Shown here piece after piece: positions 1-12,252 of a stretch of 64,000 nucleotides of DNA. Each line of letters starts with the position of its first letter. Position 1 is the first letter of the stretch. The DNA is from Heteronotia binoei (lineage: Eukaryota): NCBI RefSeq assembly GCF_032191835.1, contig NC_083234.1, positions 37,448,001-37,512,000 on the forward strand. The letters are read 5' to 3'. The notes beneath the pieces are model-generated. The model saw only the letters and a list, made by a program, of their open reading frames with translations. It was not told where the DNA came from and did not search any database. A program made the position numbers and the translations under genes.

Positions 1-240
1 CCTGCCCTCTCCTGCAGCCACAGTCGCAGCTCGGCCACTTCACCTGGGCCTGAGGGCAGGCCCGTTGGTTCCCTGTTCTGGCTGGGGCCTCGAGGGGTGC
101 GAAGGGGGGCTCCTGGCGGCATCTTATCTCAGCCGCGGGGTGTGGGGGGGGCCCCGACGGTGTCCTGTTGCATCCGGGATGGAACAGCTAGTGTGCCGCA
201 ACCACGGACCTAGTGCAGAACGTTTTTTGGGGTTTTTTAA
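1..240. promoter_or_regulatory. CpG-island edge (probable promoter/first exon just upstream of the window)
   Basis: GC-rich with many intact CpGs (tcgcagctcggcc, gccgcgggg, ccgacgg), unlike the CpG-depleted remainder; G-runs at about 95-151. The promoter role is inference. Confidence 0.6.
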
Positions 241-977
241 AAGTCTGCCAGTGTGTGCAATCAAGCAGAGAGTTGCACAAGTGCTCCTTGGAAGGGGGTT
301 AGGAAAAAAACAAACCTGGAATGTGCTGGAAATGGCTTGGAGCAATCACGTTGCTCTTCTGCTTATGAGTTGTGCAAGCGCAATCAGACAGCCAGTGAAT
401 ATGCGACCTGAATGCGATTCAGGAGGAAGCTACCAGGAAGATCTAGGTGGCTTCTAAATCCATATAGGAGGTGTCTGGAGATCGGATGAGAATGGGTGAG
501 GCTCTGAGGGCAGATTTGCTTAGGTGATTGTGCAGATTTCATTTGAATGGGAGGCATGGCTAGGTCGGGCCAAATCTCTTGTCTGAAAGCACCCTAATTA
601 CCTAGGATGGGTGCAGATGCTGAGTGTATCCCTGCAACAATGGTGCCAAAGATAGAGAGTGAAGTTCTCTTTCTTTGTGTGTGTGTGAGAGCGAGAGAGA
701 GAGAATGGAAGGAAGGAGGGCAATTTCTCTGTGAGTTATCAGTTGACACATTAAAGGGACAGGGAGAAGAGTAAACAGGAAGGAAACCCACGGTTTGCCT
801 GTCTGTCTATCTAACTGTCTTGTAGCCCCCCTCTGGAGGCTGAGGCTAAGAGACAATGCCTGGTCCTTCTCTTCCAACAGACATCACCAATGTGATTGCT
901 AATATACAACCAGGATAGTTGTTTCACAGTGCCATGCTAAGCAAGTCTACTCAGAAACCCTTCAGGTCTGTTCAAGG

Positions 978-1252
978 TAGGGCTGCCAAGCTCCCGCTGG
1001 GGGCAGGGGATCCCCTAGTTTGGGGGTGGCAACCTGCTGGCACAGAGGAGGCTGCTGGGGGATCCCCACCCACGAACAGCCCCATTGCCATGTGATGTGC
1101 CCTGTGTGATGTCACCGGAAAGTGACACCATCACTCTGGGCACATCATGCATGGACACTCTAGAATTCACAGTGAAACTCTATGGTACCATTGAGTTTTT
1201 ACCTTGAATCTTAAGTGTCACCCCAAAGAGATGGAGGGGCTTAGCAACCCTA
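978..1252. mobile_element. Non-autonomous hAT element (TAGGG(T/C)TGCCA termini, Blackjack-like)
   Basis: Ends TAGGGCTGCCA...TAGCAACCCTA; perfect 8-bp TSD GTTCAAGG at 970-977 and 1253-1260. Confidence 0.85.
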
Positions 1253-2390
1253 GTTCAAGGGGGCTTGCTCCTAGGAAGTGGGTTTTGTTTTTGTTTTTTT
1301 GCTTATTTAGTTGGGTTAATCTGATATTTGGTTTGCATTTGGCCTGCTATGGGCAGGCATCTTCCAGCATTTGCTGATCAGACGGCAATGAGTGCCTCAT
1401 CCCTTCAGCGTCTCTGAATGCTGACATTAATATGCAGGCATTAAGATAACTTGTGTTGCCAAAAATTCTATTTGTGTCAGAAGAAGTAAAAATTAGTAAT
1501 GCTGTACATTAAAGTTGATAATAATAATAATAATCAGCATTGATTTGTGGCTCACCCACAACATCAGTTACATAAATTCTGCAACAAGCAGCTATATAAG
1601 CAGCTTGCTTTAAATTTAGCCCCCTTAGTCATTTTTTGCCACACCTCCTTTTTTGTCTTTTGTGTTCCTTTAATCTCTACAGCATATATTTATTTTTAGA
1701 ACTTGCTGCATTTGAGATCCAATCCATGCACAGCAGCACGACCTAATATACTGCTTTCATACAATTAGTTCATGGCTCTATTTTACCCTCTCTACATTAA
1801 AACAGTTACCAAAAAAATTATAGTTCTTGTCATCTCTGGATCTCACTCTACCTATTGATATTTAGGTTTGCCCTTAGGGATGCTAGAGACCCTTGGACTA
1901 GTCTATGTCTAGTGTCTTTTTTTTTCCCTCCGAGAGGCCCTAAACTGTAATAAGAGTGTGACTGGTGGAAATTCAGTAAGTATAGCATTATGCTCTTTGC
2001 TTAGGGTCCATCTTAGTTATTTTGGTGGCTGAAAGAATACCTTCCAATTTTTCAGTGGGTTATAAACAAAGATTTGGATCTAGCCATCTTTTCCACTTGT
2101 CAAAGAATAGTGACATCTTTGCCTAAGGTGGCCAGGTCCTCCCTGGCCACTGGCAGGGGGTGAGGTAGGTGGGTAGGGAAATTCCTCAGGTTGGGAAATT
2201 CCTAGAGCAGGGGTGTCAAATGTCTGACCCATGGCCAGAACCAGCCAACCAAGGCTTTAATTAGGCACATGGATCTTTTCTCCCCCCCCCTCCTCCCTCT
2301 CCTGTTCTCACCCTTTGAAGCTTTGAGGCTGCTGAAATTCCCAGCTCTTTCTGCCTTGTCTTTGCCAGCAGGAAGCTCTTCTGGGCTTGC

Positions 2391-2490
2391 AAAGCTGCAC
2401 AGAAAAATGCGGAATGGATTTTCCATTAAGGTCTCTGCACGCAGATAGGACCTTAATGGAAAATCCATTCCATGTTTTCTTTGCAGCTTT
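2391..2490. repeat. 100-nt inverted repeat (hairpin), probably inside a hAT-type element starting near 2208
   Basis: Arms aaagctgcacagaaaaatgcggaatggattttccattaaggtc / gaccttaatggaaaatccattccatgttttctttgcagcttt; CAGGGGTGTCAAA terminus at about 2208. Confidence 0.8.
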
Positions 2491-3076
2491 GTCTGTGCTA
2501 CAATATGTTTCAATGGAGTGGAGATCAGTTTCACTTTCCAGCATTGCTATGGCCAGCTGAAGCTGTTGCTTCCTGGAGTTGTGTCCTTGCAAATAAAGGA
2601 TTGATGTTTTGAGCCAGCTTGTATCTGCTGAATGAACCTGAGAACTGGTGCCTAGTGAGTACTCTAATCTGGGAATCCAAAGCCAAAGAAGGATATTATA
2701 CTGGAGAGCCATTGTCAATCTGAGTAGACCCAGGGGAGAATCTTGCAATGCCCAGCCATTTCATGTTTTCCTAGACTTAGGGCATTTTATATTTTTAGTT
2801 TCTGCTGTGATCCTTGTGCTTTTTCTTGATGTTTTGTTTTTAAAACTGAAATTGCCAAATCCCACTATTCCCTCACCTTTCCATTTTAAACAAAATATTT
2901 CAAGATTTTTAAACATGCTTGTATTTTAAGTTAAAACATACTATCTTTAATTGTTTATCTGTGTCCTTTATAAAATGTATATCTCTGCTATCTGGCATTA
3001 CATTTTATGACATGCATGACATGGCCCCGCAAAATCCCATTTATGTCAGATTCTTCCCTTGTAACAAATTAGTCCT

Positions 3077-3238
3077 AGAGACTTGGGGGTGGAGTCTGGG
3101 GAGGAAAGTGAATCAGTGGTATACAAGGCCATGAAGTCCACTCTCCAAAGCATCAATTTTCTCCAGGCAAATTGTAGTTTGGAGATGGGCTGTAATTCTG
3201 GGAAACCCCCAAGCCCCACCTGGAGGCTGGCATCCCTA
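3077..3238 (+). mobile_element. Short TAGGGTTGCCA-family hAT MITE (partial)
   Basis: Shares the family core (ttgggggtggag...tccaaagca..attttctccagg...ggaggctggcatcccta) with many copies in the window. Confidence 0.7.
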
Positions 3239-4284
3239 TCTTTGACCTCAATGCTATGCTGAGAGCCAGGAGATTTGCAGGAATAAAAGCCACATGGGAT
3301 GGAAGCTATGGTATGGAAAGGACTTGGGTGAAAAAGTTGGTAGGATCCAGACTATCTGTGCTTATGCCAAAGATCACTTTGTGAGCCCTACTTTGAGCAT
3401 AATTGCACATTGCTGGAAGGTTTCTGGTGACTCCAATAGCCTGTTCCACACTGTTTTTACAGCCAAGAAAGCGACCTTTAGATCAAAGATATATCAGAAA
3501 ATCATATTTGGGCATTTGATGCTTCCTTTTACTGAGCTAGATCATTGTTCCATCTAGTTTGTACTATCCACTTTAAATGGCAGGGGCTCAGATGCATATT
3601 TGAGATCCTTTAACTAGCAATAGGAGGGCTTGAACTCACCAGTCATGAGTATAGCTGTTGTCCTTGGCTGAGAGACTAAAATGAATTTTTGGTTTCCATT
3701 CAGGATAAGTAAACAGGATTTAATCCGGGGTTGAACACAATATTGGAGTAGAACACAATACTGAAGACAGTAGGTGGAGTAGAGCTTTCAATAATGGGAA
3801 GTGATGGCAGAAAGGGTGGTAGTGATAACCACAGTGTTTAAAGTGTCAAAATAGAATCTGTGAGACCTGAGTTCAAATCCCTGTTAGAAGACTTTAATAA
3901 GCTGCTACTTCTTAGCCATATGTGCCTCACAAAAGTGACATGGGGATAAAATGCGGAATGGAAAACCATGTGCACCCCTTGGAGAAAGGGCAGGATTGAA
4001 ATATACTGGACAGAGCCTTTGTTGTGTAAACTGGGCTGTTACAATCATGGTTTGAAATAAAATGTTTGGTTTCTACCTATCAATCCAAAGCAGAAGGCCT
4101 TCCAAAAATGTAATACAGTTAAGAATGCTTCGATGCCCTCAGATGCATAGCCCTCTGCTCCTTTACTCCCTTTTTGGAGAACTTTCTTGCTGTCACAAGA
4201 CAGATAATTGTAGGTTTTATTTATTGGGTCATTTAAAAATCTTTTTCTATAAATATTTTGGTAACTTTTGTATTCACCTCTGTA

Positions 4285-6567
4285 AGTACCACGGCGCCCT
4301 CTGCGCCCCCGTTCTAAGCTAGCACCGTGGTATACCCCAGAATTGCGGCTGATGAAACGAGGGCTCAGATGGCTAGAGAGGCAGTGGCGATGAACTCGAG
4401 ATGAAGTGACTAGAACATCTTATAGAGAGTTTATGAGGTCCTATGAGATGGCAGTCAAAGCCACAAAGAAAGCTTACTTTGCAGCCAAGATTGTGTCTGT
4501 GACTTCGCGCCTGGCACGATTGTTTAGTATAATTCGGATGCTTACAACACTGCCGCAAGGCAGGCCAAATCTTAGGGAATTGGATGTTAGCTGTGAGGCT
4601 TGTGTGAATTTTTTCACAAACAAGATCTTGTCACTTTGCTATGACCTGTCCGCCACAGTTGAAACAGTATGCGAACTCAAGGCCCCATGCCTGTCTTCTG
4701 ACCAGCTTTGGATCATTTTAAATCACTCAATCTGGAGGAAGTTAACAGAATCCTCTCTACTGTGCGCTCAACAACATGTGATCTGGACCCTTGCCCATCC
4801 TGGCTGATTAAAGCTTGCCAGGGAGAGCTCCGATATTCTATACAGGATATTGTAAATAGATTGCTCTCAGAAGGGCTTTTTCCACTCCTCTCTTGAAAAA
4901 GTCCACCCTAGACCTGGCTGAATTGGCACATTATCAGCCGGTCTCAAATTTACCCTTTTTGAGAGGGCAGTGGCGCTCCAGTTACAGAGCTTTCTGGAGG
5001 ATGCTTCCATCCTAGATTCCCACCAGTCCGGCTTCCATCTAGGCCATGAGACAGAGACAGTTTTGGTCGCCCTGGTGAATGATCTCCAGCAGCATCTGGA
5101 TCAAGGCAGCTCGGTGGTACTGATGTTGTTAGACCTATCGGCTGTGTTTGATACTGTCAACCATCAGCTACTGATCCACCATCTCACCAACGCAGGGATC
5201 CAGGGGTTACCCTTACAGTGGCTCTCCTCTTTCCTTTGTGGCCAGGGACAAAGGGTATTAATTGAGGGAGAATCTTCTCGGAGACCCACCCTTAATTGTG
5301 GTGTGCATCAGGGGGTGGTTCTATCCCCAATGCTGTTTAACATCTATATGTGATCCCTTGCCCAGATTGCCCGGATGTATGGGCTGGTTGCCACCAATAT
5401 GCTGATGACATCCAGCTCTATCTACTAATGGATGGCCGACCTGACGACGTCCCAGTAAACCTGGACCGAGCGCTGCAAGCTGTGGCTAGATGGCTTAAAC
5501 TGAGCCGACTGAAGCTGAATCCAATGAAGACAGAGGTCCTTTGCCTGAGTTGCAGTGGTCTGGGTTGGGGAACTCCCCTACCAACTTTTGACGGTGCACC
5601 ACTGACAATGGCGCACAAGGTCAGAAGCTTGGGGGTACTACTCGAGTCCCCCTTGACAATGGAGGCCCAGATAGCAGCAACTGCGAAATCTGCCTTTTTT
5701 TCATTTTAGGTGGGCGAAACAGTTGGCTGCTTTCCTTGACTGAAGCAACCTGGCAACGGTAATCCATGCAACAGTCACCTCAAGGTTGGACTACTGTAGT
5801 GCCCTCTACATGGGGCTGCCCTTGTCACAAACCCGGAAAAAACAGCTAGTGCAGAATGCAGTGGCTAGGCTGTTATTGGAGCTGCCCAGGTGGGAGCACA
5901 TACAGCTGGCGCTGCAAGAACTGCACTGGCTGCCTATAGTATACCGGATTCACTACAAGGTGCTGGTCATTACTTTTAAGGCCCTTTGTGGCCAAGGACC
6001 TGTCTACCTGAGGGACTGCCTGTCCCCACATGTTCCCCAGAGGGTACTAAGATCGGGAACTCAACATCTCTTAGTGGTCCCCAGACTGAGAGAGGCGAGA
6101 CTGACGACTTCTTGGGATTGCGCCTTCTAAGTAGCAGCCCTCTACTGGTGGAATCAACTGCCGGAAGAGGTTAGGGCCTTGCGGGACCTCACTCAGTTCC
6201 GCAAGGCCTGTAAGACCATACTCTTCCAGCTTGCTTTCAGCTGACCCTTGAGACCTATAACAGCAGGAGGAATCCAGGAAATAGTGACGCCAGGCTAACT
6301 GGATAATACCAAAATATTATTAGCACCAGCTGTTTTAAATTGTTTTATTAACTGACTGATTTTATTACTAATGTGAGATTAGATTTTATTACTATTGTTA
6401 TTATGATCAATGTTTATTTTATTTATTTATATTTAGACTTATATCCCGCCCTTCTCACCAAAGTGTCTCAGGGTGGCTTACAACATAATAATTTACAATG
6501 TTGTAAGCTGCCCTGAGCCTGCCTCGGTGGGGAGGGTGGGGTATAATTTTAATAAACTAAACTAAAG
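4285..6567 (+). mobile_element. L2-clade LINE, 5'-truncated, decayed ORF2 (RT)
   Basis: Broken ORFs 4406-6130 encode CDLDPCPSWLIK, LLDLSAVFDTVNH, QGVVLSPMLFNIY, HQYADDIQLY, LDYCSALYMGLP; 3' end gtaagctgccctgagcc...gagggtggggtataa...aataaa; several frameshifts and stops. Confidence 0.92.
6415..6495 (-). mobile_element. Antisense L2-type 3' tail fragment inserted in the L2 3'UTR
   Basis: Reverse complement reads gttgtaagccaccctgagacactttggtgagaagggcgggatataagtc(taaa)n; 7-bp TSD CAATGTT at 6408-6414 and 6496-6502. Confidence 0.7.
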
Positions 6568-6894
6568 TAACTGCATTGAGGTAGTTGTTGTCAGTCCTTC
6601 ACTTTTCTCCAGATGTGGAAGGGAGAGCTAGTGTGATATAAGGAATGTAACACTGGATTTGAACTGTGGAAAACCAGCACTCAAAACTTTATCTGTTTGC
6701 TGCATGTATGCCTTTTGTACTTCATGGAATTCAAGAGTTTATTCATGGGTCCCAGATCTCTCTGTGCTGAAACTTACAGTGGAATCATAGATGGAGCTAC
6801 TCCAGTCTATCACTGTAATCAGTAGGTTTAGGCTGGAATGGCTTGCATAAAATTGCAGTCTTAATGACTCAACTGTTACCATTCACCCTCTAAT

Positions 6895-7077
6895 CAGGGC
6901 TTTTTTGTAGCAGAAACTCCTTTGCATATTAGGCCACACTTCCCTGGTTGTAGCCAATTCTTCAAGAGCTTACAGCAGGTTCTGTAAGAAGAGACTTATA
7001 AGCTCTTGGAGGATTGGCTACATCAGGGGTGTGTGGCTTAATATGCAAAGGAGTTCCTGCTACAAAAAAAAGCCCTG
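6895..7077. mobile_element. hAT MITE, CAGGGCTTTTT family
   Basis: TIR CAGGGCTTTTT/AAAAAGCCCTG, internally palindromic; TSD CCTCTAA(T/C). Confidence 0.88.
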
Positions 7078-10000
7078 CCTCTAACGATACACAGGATGAT
7101 CCTAGGCTAGTCACTCTCAGCCCATCCTAACTCATAGGGTTAAAATGAGTTAAAATGAGTTAAAATGAAGGAAGGCAGAACCATAGACATTACCCTAAAC
7201 TTGTTGGACAATAACGATGGGATACAATTGTGGCTGATTGATCAATATGAGTATGGCAGCTTTGTAAGAAATCAGGTGTAGAGCAAAATTTGGACATTCA
7301 CTTTTTTTGTTTTCCACTCTGAGTTCTTCAAGGTGCTTCTCTTGGTGCTTAACATCAGGTTATGCAGTAGTAGTCTCCAAGAAGACACTCTGCAGAATTG
7401 AAGAGATGGCCTTGGTATACTTAAGACTTAGCCCAAGGAAAAATGAGTGCCTTGCTAAAGCACTCATACTGTTGATGAGTGCCTTCCTTCTCTTCCACGT
7501 ATGTCACTCATGTCACGGCCAGTGTGTTAATTCCACCCCCCCGCCCATTATAGATAGTGCAGGTAGCAATTTTCACCTGGAATTTTCTCCAAATGGGCAC
7601 TTAGCTAATAGAGTAAACCACCCTGCCTCCCCATAAAGGAACTTTGAACCTGACAGAATAAACTAGACAGAATGAGAAGATTGGGCCTGTTAATTATTGG
7701 GGTCAGGGTTTGTAAAGTGCAGTAGTGGTTTTGAAAAAAAGCTAATAATTTCAGGTTTTTCAGTATGTGACAGCCATGGAAAAAGTACTCTTGAATTTCA
7801 TTAAATGAGTAAGCGAATGGCTAATAGCTTATGCAAGAATCAGAAGCCTACCTGAGTGTGGGAGAATGACGCTACGCTCAGGCACTCAAACTTTGAGTAG
7901 TGTTCAATAGAAATATTGAGAAATGTGCATCAAGGATTCTACTTAACTTTTTAGCTACAGGTTCAAAATGTACTGTAAATCTTTATATGGATCCTCATGG
8001 TTTGTTTTCTCCTGACTCTGTCCTGTATATTTTCAAGAGTCAGAACCAAGGTTTATTGTCTGTGAAAATTGAATAGGAAAAGTTGCTAAAAAGACACATG
8101 CAGAAGCAGTTTATCAAAATGTCATGAAGAAAACTGAAATGTGTTATTTTCAATACACTGAATTTCATTTTTACTATGTTTTAAATGAACTCCCCCCCTC
8201 CCAATATTACATCCTTTAAATTCTTCAGTCAATCTCAAATGCAAATTCAAGTGATTGAGGCTCATTTTTAATTGTAAAATTCAATTTACTTGTCTACAGT
8301 ATCTGCTTAAACCTGGTTGCAGATTAAGTTCAAGGTAACTAGAATATCCAACCAATATTAAGACTGCTGTTTTTAAAAACGGCATTGTCTAACTTCCTTT
8401 TATTCTCTTCTCAGCCTCATGGGTTGCATTTGTTAAGAAACATCATCTGGCCACCATGCAGGTTTTGGCTTTGCCTTGTTCTCCCCTCATGACTGCTAGC
8501 ATGGGGGTAGGGGGTGTGGCTAGGCAAATCTCTCTCAGGTTCCCAGAAGTCCACTAAAGGATTTATTCTCCTTCTGGTTTTAAGTGAGAAACAGGAATGC
8601 CACTACATTTTATGAACTCTAATATTCAGATTTGAAAATCTGTTTCTGGCAGCAATTCTTCAATGGATTTAGAGGAGTGGAACTCTTCTTAGGACTGAAT
8701 TGCAAGAAACTTGGCTTATGGAGTGCATGGATGGGGGAGAAAAGAAAGCAAACTTTTAGGACTTTGCTGTGTCAAAATAAAGCAGGTGCATGCAGGCAAT
8801 TAGCAGCAGGTGCTTTGGTTAGAAAATCAGGGCACTCTTGGAGAGGAAAGGTAAAAAGATAAATGCCATGTATAGAGGAGAAAAAAGAGTGCAATTAAAC
8901 ACATCATACTGAATGCTTCCATTTAAACATAGCATGCACTGTTAAGAATCCAAATGCAAAGCCAGTAGGCTATCACAAGTGTGCCTGTATGTGTAGATGT
9001 GTGTGTGTATTTTCCCCCTTTGCAGTTCTGCTGCTTGGAAACTGCAGTATTTTTGGGACAGAATCTTGTGTTTAATTGCTCTCCAGAAATAGAACTGGAA
9101 TTGTTTGGCAGCACTTTGGGAGGAGGACGAAGGATTTGGAAAGAGATATAGATTTAGTTGTTTGTTTTGTTTTTTATTAGTGCATTTTAGAATTGTGTGT
9201 GTGAGGGAATTGTGTGTGTGAGGGAGAATATCCTATTTCCTTCCTTACTGAGACTTTATTATCAAGGCATATACAGGAAGAGTTTGCTTAGATTATAGAA
9301 TTATATATTCCCCCCCACCAAAGATGCTTATTTGGCCATATTTACATCCAGTGTATTGCTTGAGCTTCTTTAACAGGTGCCTTGATTCAGCAAAAGAACA
9401 TTAGTCATGGATTGGCTTGCCCACCTGTTCCTTGTTTAAAACAAAAAGAAAAGCCCTTCCTCCTTCTTGTAGTAACCAATATTCATGAAAAAGGAAGGAT
9501 AACTGCAAAACTGCAAAAAAAAGATATTGAAATGAATACATTGGAAGAATAAGCTGTCCTTATAATAAGTAAGTTTTGATAATGTTCTGACTTATAATAG
9601 GTGTCTCACAAAGTGTTCTGAGCTTTTTTAGTAACTGTCGTAGATGGGGCCAATTCTTATTGGAACCAGTGGAACATACTTTTTTCTATGGGACTTTCAG
9701 CCCAACCCAATGAATGTTTCCTGGAAATAAGTCATAATAAATTACCTCTCTTGCTGTTGATACACACAACTGAAAATGAGAAAGATATTTTCAAATGTGA
9801 ATGGAATATAAAAGGTTTCTGAAGTGGGTGGCGGTGCGGGGGAGGGGGGAGTTTTGACTAAACTGGTATCAGGTTGCTAAATCCATAAATGCCCATTGTC
9901 TTGTCTCTCCCTCCCTAGAATGGAAATGCAAGATTCATGGTATTGGTTGAACTAGAGTGCATTGTCATTTGCCACTGTGCACAATTGGTTAAATCCTATA

Positions 10001-10496
10001 CTAGCACATTATGTAATCCCACGCCATCTCAAAATTCAGCATGTTAGTGCTGTTTCACCTCAGTTTTCTTTTCCTACATGCTACCTATGCTGGCAGGTAC
10101 TATTGCTCATCACCATTCTCACATGCTGGCTGTCATTAAAGTTCAAATCATGTTGTTGATTATAATGGCCCTCATAGAGGTCTTGTTCCTGCAGAACTTT
10201 ACTTGCTCTGAAAACAAAAGCAAAAGAAAGAGAGGGGCTGTTCTCCAACGAAACTGTTACTGACCCTTTCCCATGAATCCCTTCTTGTTTCCTGTTACCT
10301 TCTCAGCCTTAAAGGCACACATTTTAAAAAAGACCTGTTTGCAGGTTTCTAAACCTGCAGGAGCTCTAAAACTACATGATGACTGTGGGGGCGGGGCTTT
10401 CCCCACTTGCCAGCTGGCTGGGGGCAGAGGAAGCCTGTAAAAACGGGGGATCCGCCGCTGGGACCTGGGGATTAGGAAGCCTATCCAAAACCGACT

Positions 10497-10665
10497 GAGA
10501 GTGAGTGTGGTGTAGTGGTTAAGTGTGTGGACTCTTATCTGGGAGAACTGGGTTTGATTCCCCACTCCTCCACTTGCACCTGCTGATGTGACCTTCAGTC
10601 AGCCACAAGTTCTCTCAGCCAAATGCATACCCCTAAGGGGATTGTTATTATTATTTTAATAAACA
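10497..10665 (+). mobile_element. Squam3-type tRNA-derived SINE (truncated)
   Basis: Head ggtgtagtggttaagtgtgtggactcttatctgggagaactgggtttgattccccactcc nearly identical to the 28637 copy. Confidence 0.72.
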
Positions 10666-11365
10666 GCTATGATGATGTTCAATATGCCACCAGAGGAGAA
10701 AGAGAGAGCTGGTAACTTTCACACCTTGCTAAGAGACAGAATAGCAAGGGGAAAGAAAAATTGGCTTTGAGGCAAGAGCAGTTCCAGGCAGCATAAACAC
10801 AACTGTTAGTTCTCAGGCAGTTGAAATCTGTTAGCAGTTTGCTTATTGCAATCCTATAGAGACATTCACTTTGCACATCCGGATGTCCAAATTACTTTAC
10901 CCATAAATTAATTCGCTCTTCCTACATATATAGTCCAAGGAAATACCACCTAGAAGCAGAGAAAGGTATGGGGCTGTTTCCAAAAGGATGCAAAAATATG
11001 GAGGGTAGATGGGGAGGGAGGACTCTGGGAAGGGTGGGATAGAAATGTGAAGTAATAAATAAATAATAGCCTAGGTAGAAGCTTGGAGGAAGGTTGTGGG
11101 GAGCTGGTGAACAACAGCCAGCTGGACAAGAACTGGGAAGGAAATTGGTTAAGTTGAAGCTAAGGAGCAGATGGGGAGGGAGGATATGAAAGGAAGGTTA
11201 AGAGATAGAAAATAAAAAAGGGAGAAAGTACTTTGCCTCTCTGTCTTTGTAGTAGTAGTGATACCTGTTGCATGTCAGTAGTGGAAGAGGTTTCAGTGAT
11301 GGAATTTAATTCAAAATAGCGGGCCTCAGGAAATCCTTTTCTTTTTTTTCCTACCTGGTTATAGG

Positions 11366-11818
11366 CAGGCCTCAGATTCAGCAGGAGCTCACAGGAGTAC
11401 AACTCCTGAACCTTTCTGAGGGTTCCCCCTCTTCCTCCCCATCTACCTTGTCCATTGAATACTAGGTGTAGCTGTTTAACAATCCCTGGATTAGGAGAGT
11501 GGGCAGCCAGCCAGCCACACCCCCAGCAGCCCTCATTAACCCCTGGAGAAGCCCACGCCACCCTTTCTCCGCTTCTTATGTGATTTTGGGTGGCGGGTGG
11601 CTTGCTGGCCTTTTGACTGGGGGAAGGGTAGCTCAGGAAAGCCCCAGGCGAGCGAGACCTGCTTGGGCTGGGTGGATCTCTAGCCAGCTCAAGCAGGCCT
11701 CGCTTGCCCAGGGCTCTCCTTTTTTACATCGGGTTGCTTTTGGCTGGGGTGGTGGTGGCATATGCTAATGAGTTATTCTAATGAGCTCCACCACCTATTT
11801 TTCTATAAAATGACCCTG
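11366..11818. mobile_element. Non-autonomous hAT element (CAGGCC...GACCCTG)
   Basis: 8-bp TSD GTTATAGG at 11358-11365 and 11819-11826; a deleted relative lies at 37931-38087. Confidence 0.8.
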
Positions 11819-12050
11819 GTTATAGGCAAGTAGCAATGGGTACCTACATGCCTACTGTCATTGGCTGGGACTCCTTTTGGGGTAGCCCAGGTGTCTAGAG
11901 ATTGTGGATGATGGGCAATGATGATGCTTTTGTGGAACAATTGGGATGACTAATCTCTGGTCAGAAGAATCCTGATAGGGAAGGAGGTGAGGCAGTTCTG
12001 CCTGCCTGGATGTTTCATTCATGCTTCAGAGAAAATTACACTGTAAGGGA

Positions 12051-12252
12051 CAGGGCTTTTTTTTTTTCCTAATCAGGAATGCACAGGAACCAAGTTCCGG
12101 CTGGCTTGGTTTAGGGGGTTGTGGCCTAATATGCAAATTAGTCCCTGCTAGGCTTTTTCTACAAAAAAGCCTTATGTTAAACAATGGTGGTAGGGGTGTG
12201 GCCTAATATGCAAATGAGTTCATGCTGGGCTTGATCTAGAAACAAAGCCCTG
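12051..12252. mobile_element. hAT MITE, CAGGGCTTTTT family with octamer motifs
   Basis: TIRs; degenerate TSD gtaaggga/ataaggaa; ATGCAAAT at 12131 and 12208. Confidence 0.85.

Noticed and set aside
65-457. 130-aa ORF at the CpG island
   Set aside because: Starts at a non-ATG codon; GC-rich sequence inflates ORF length; no recognisable domain.
2600-2722. C/D-box snoRNA
   Set aside because: No consensus RUGAUGA C box or terminal stem.
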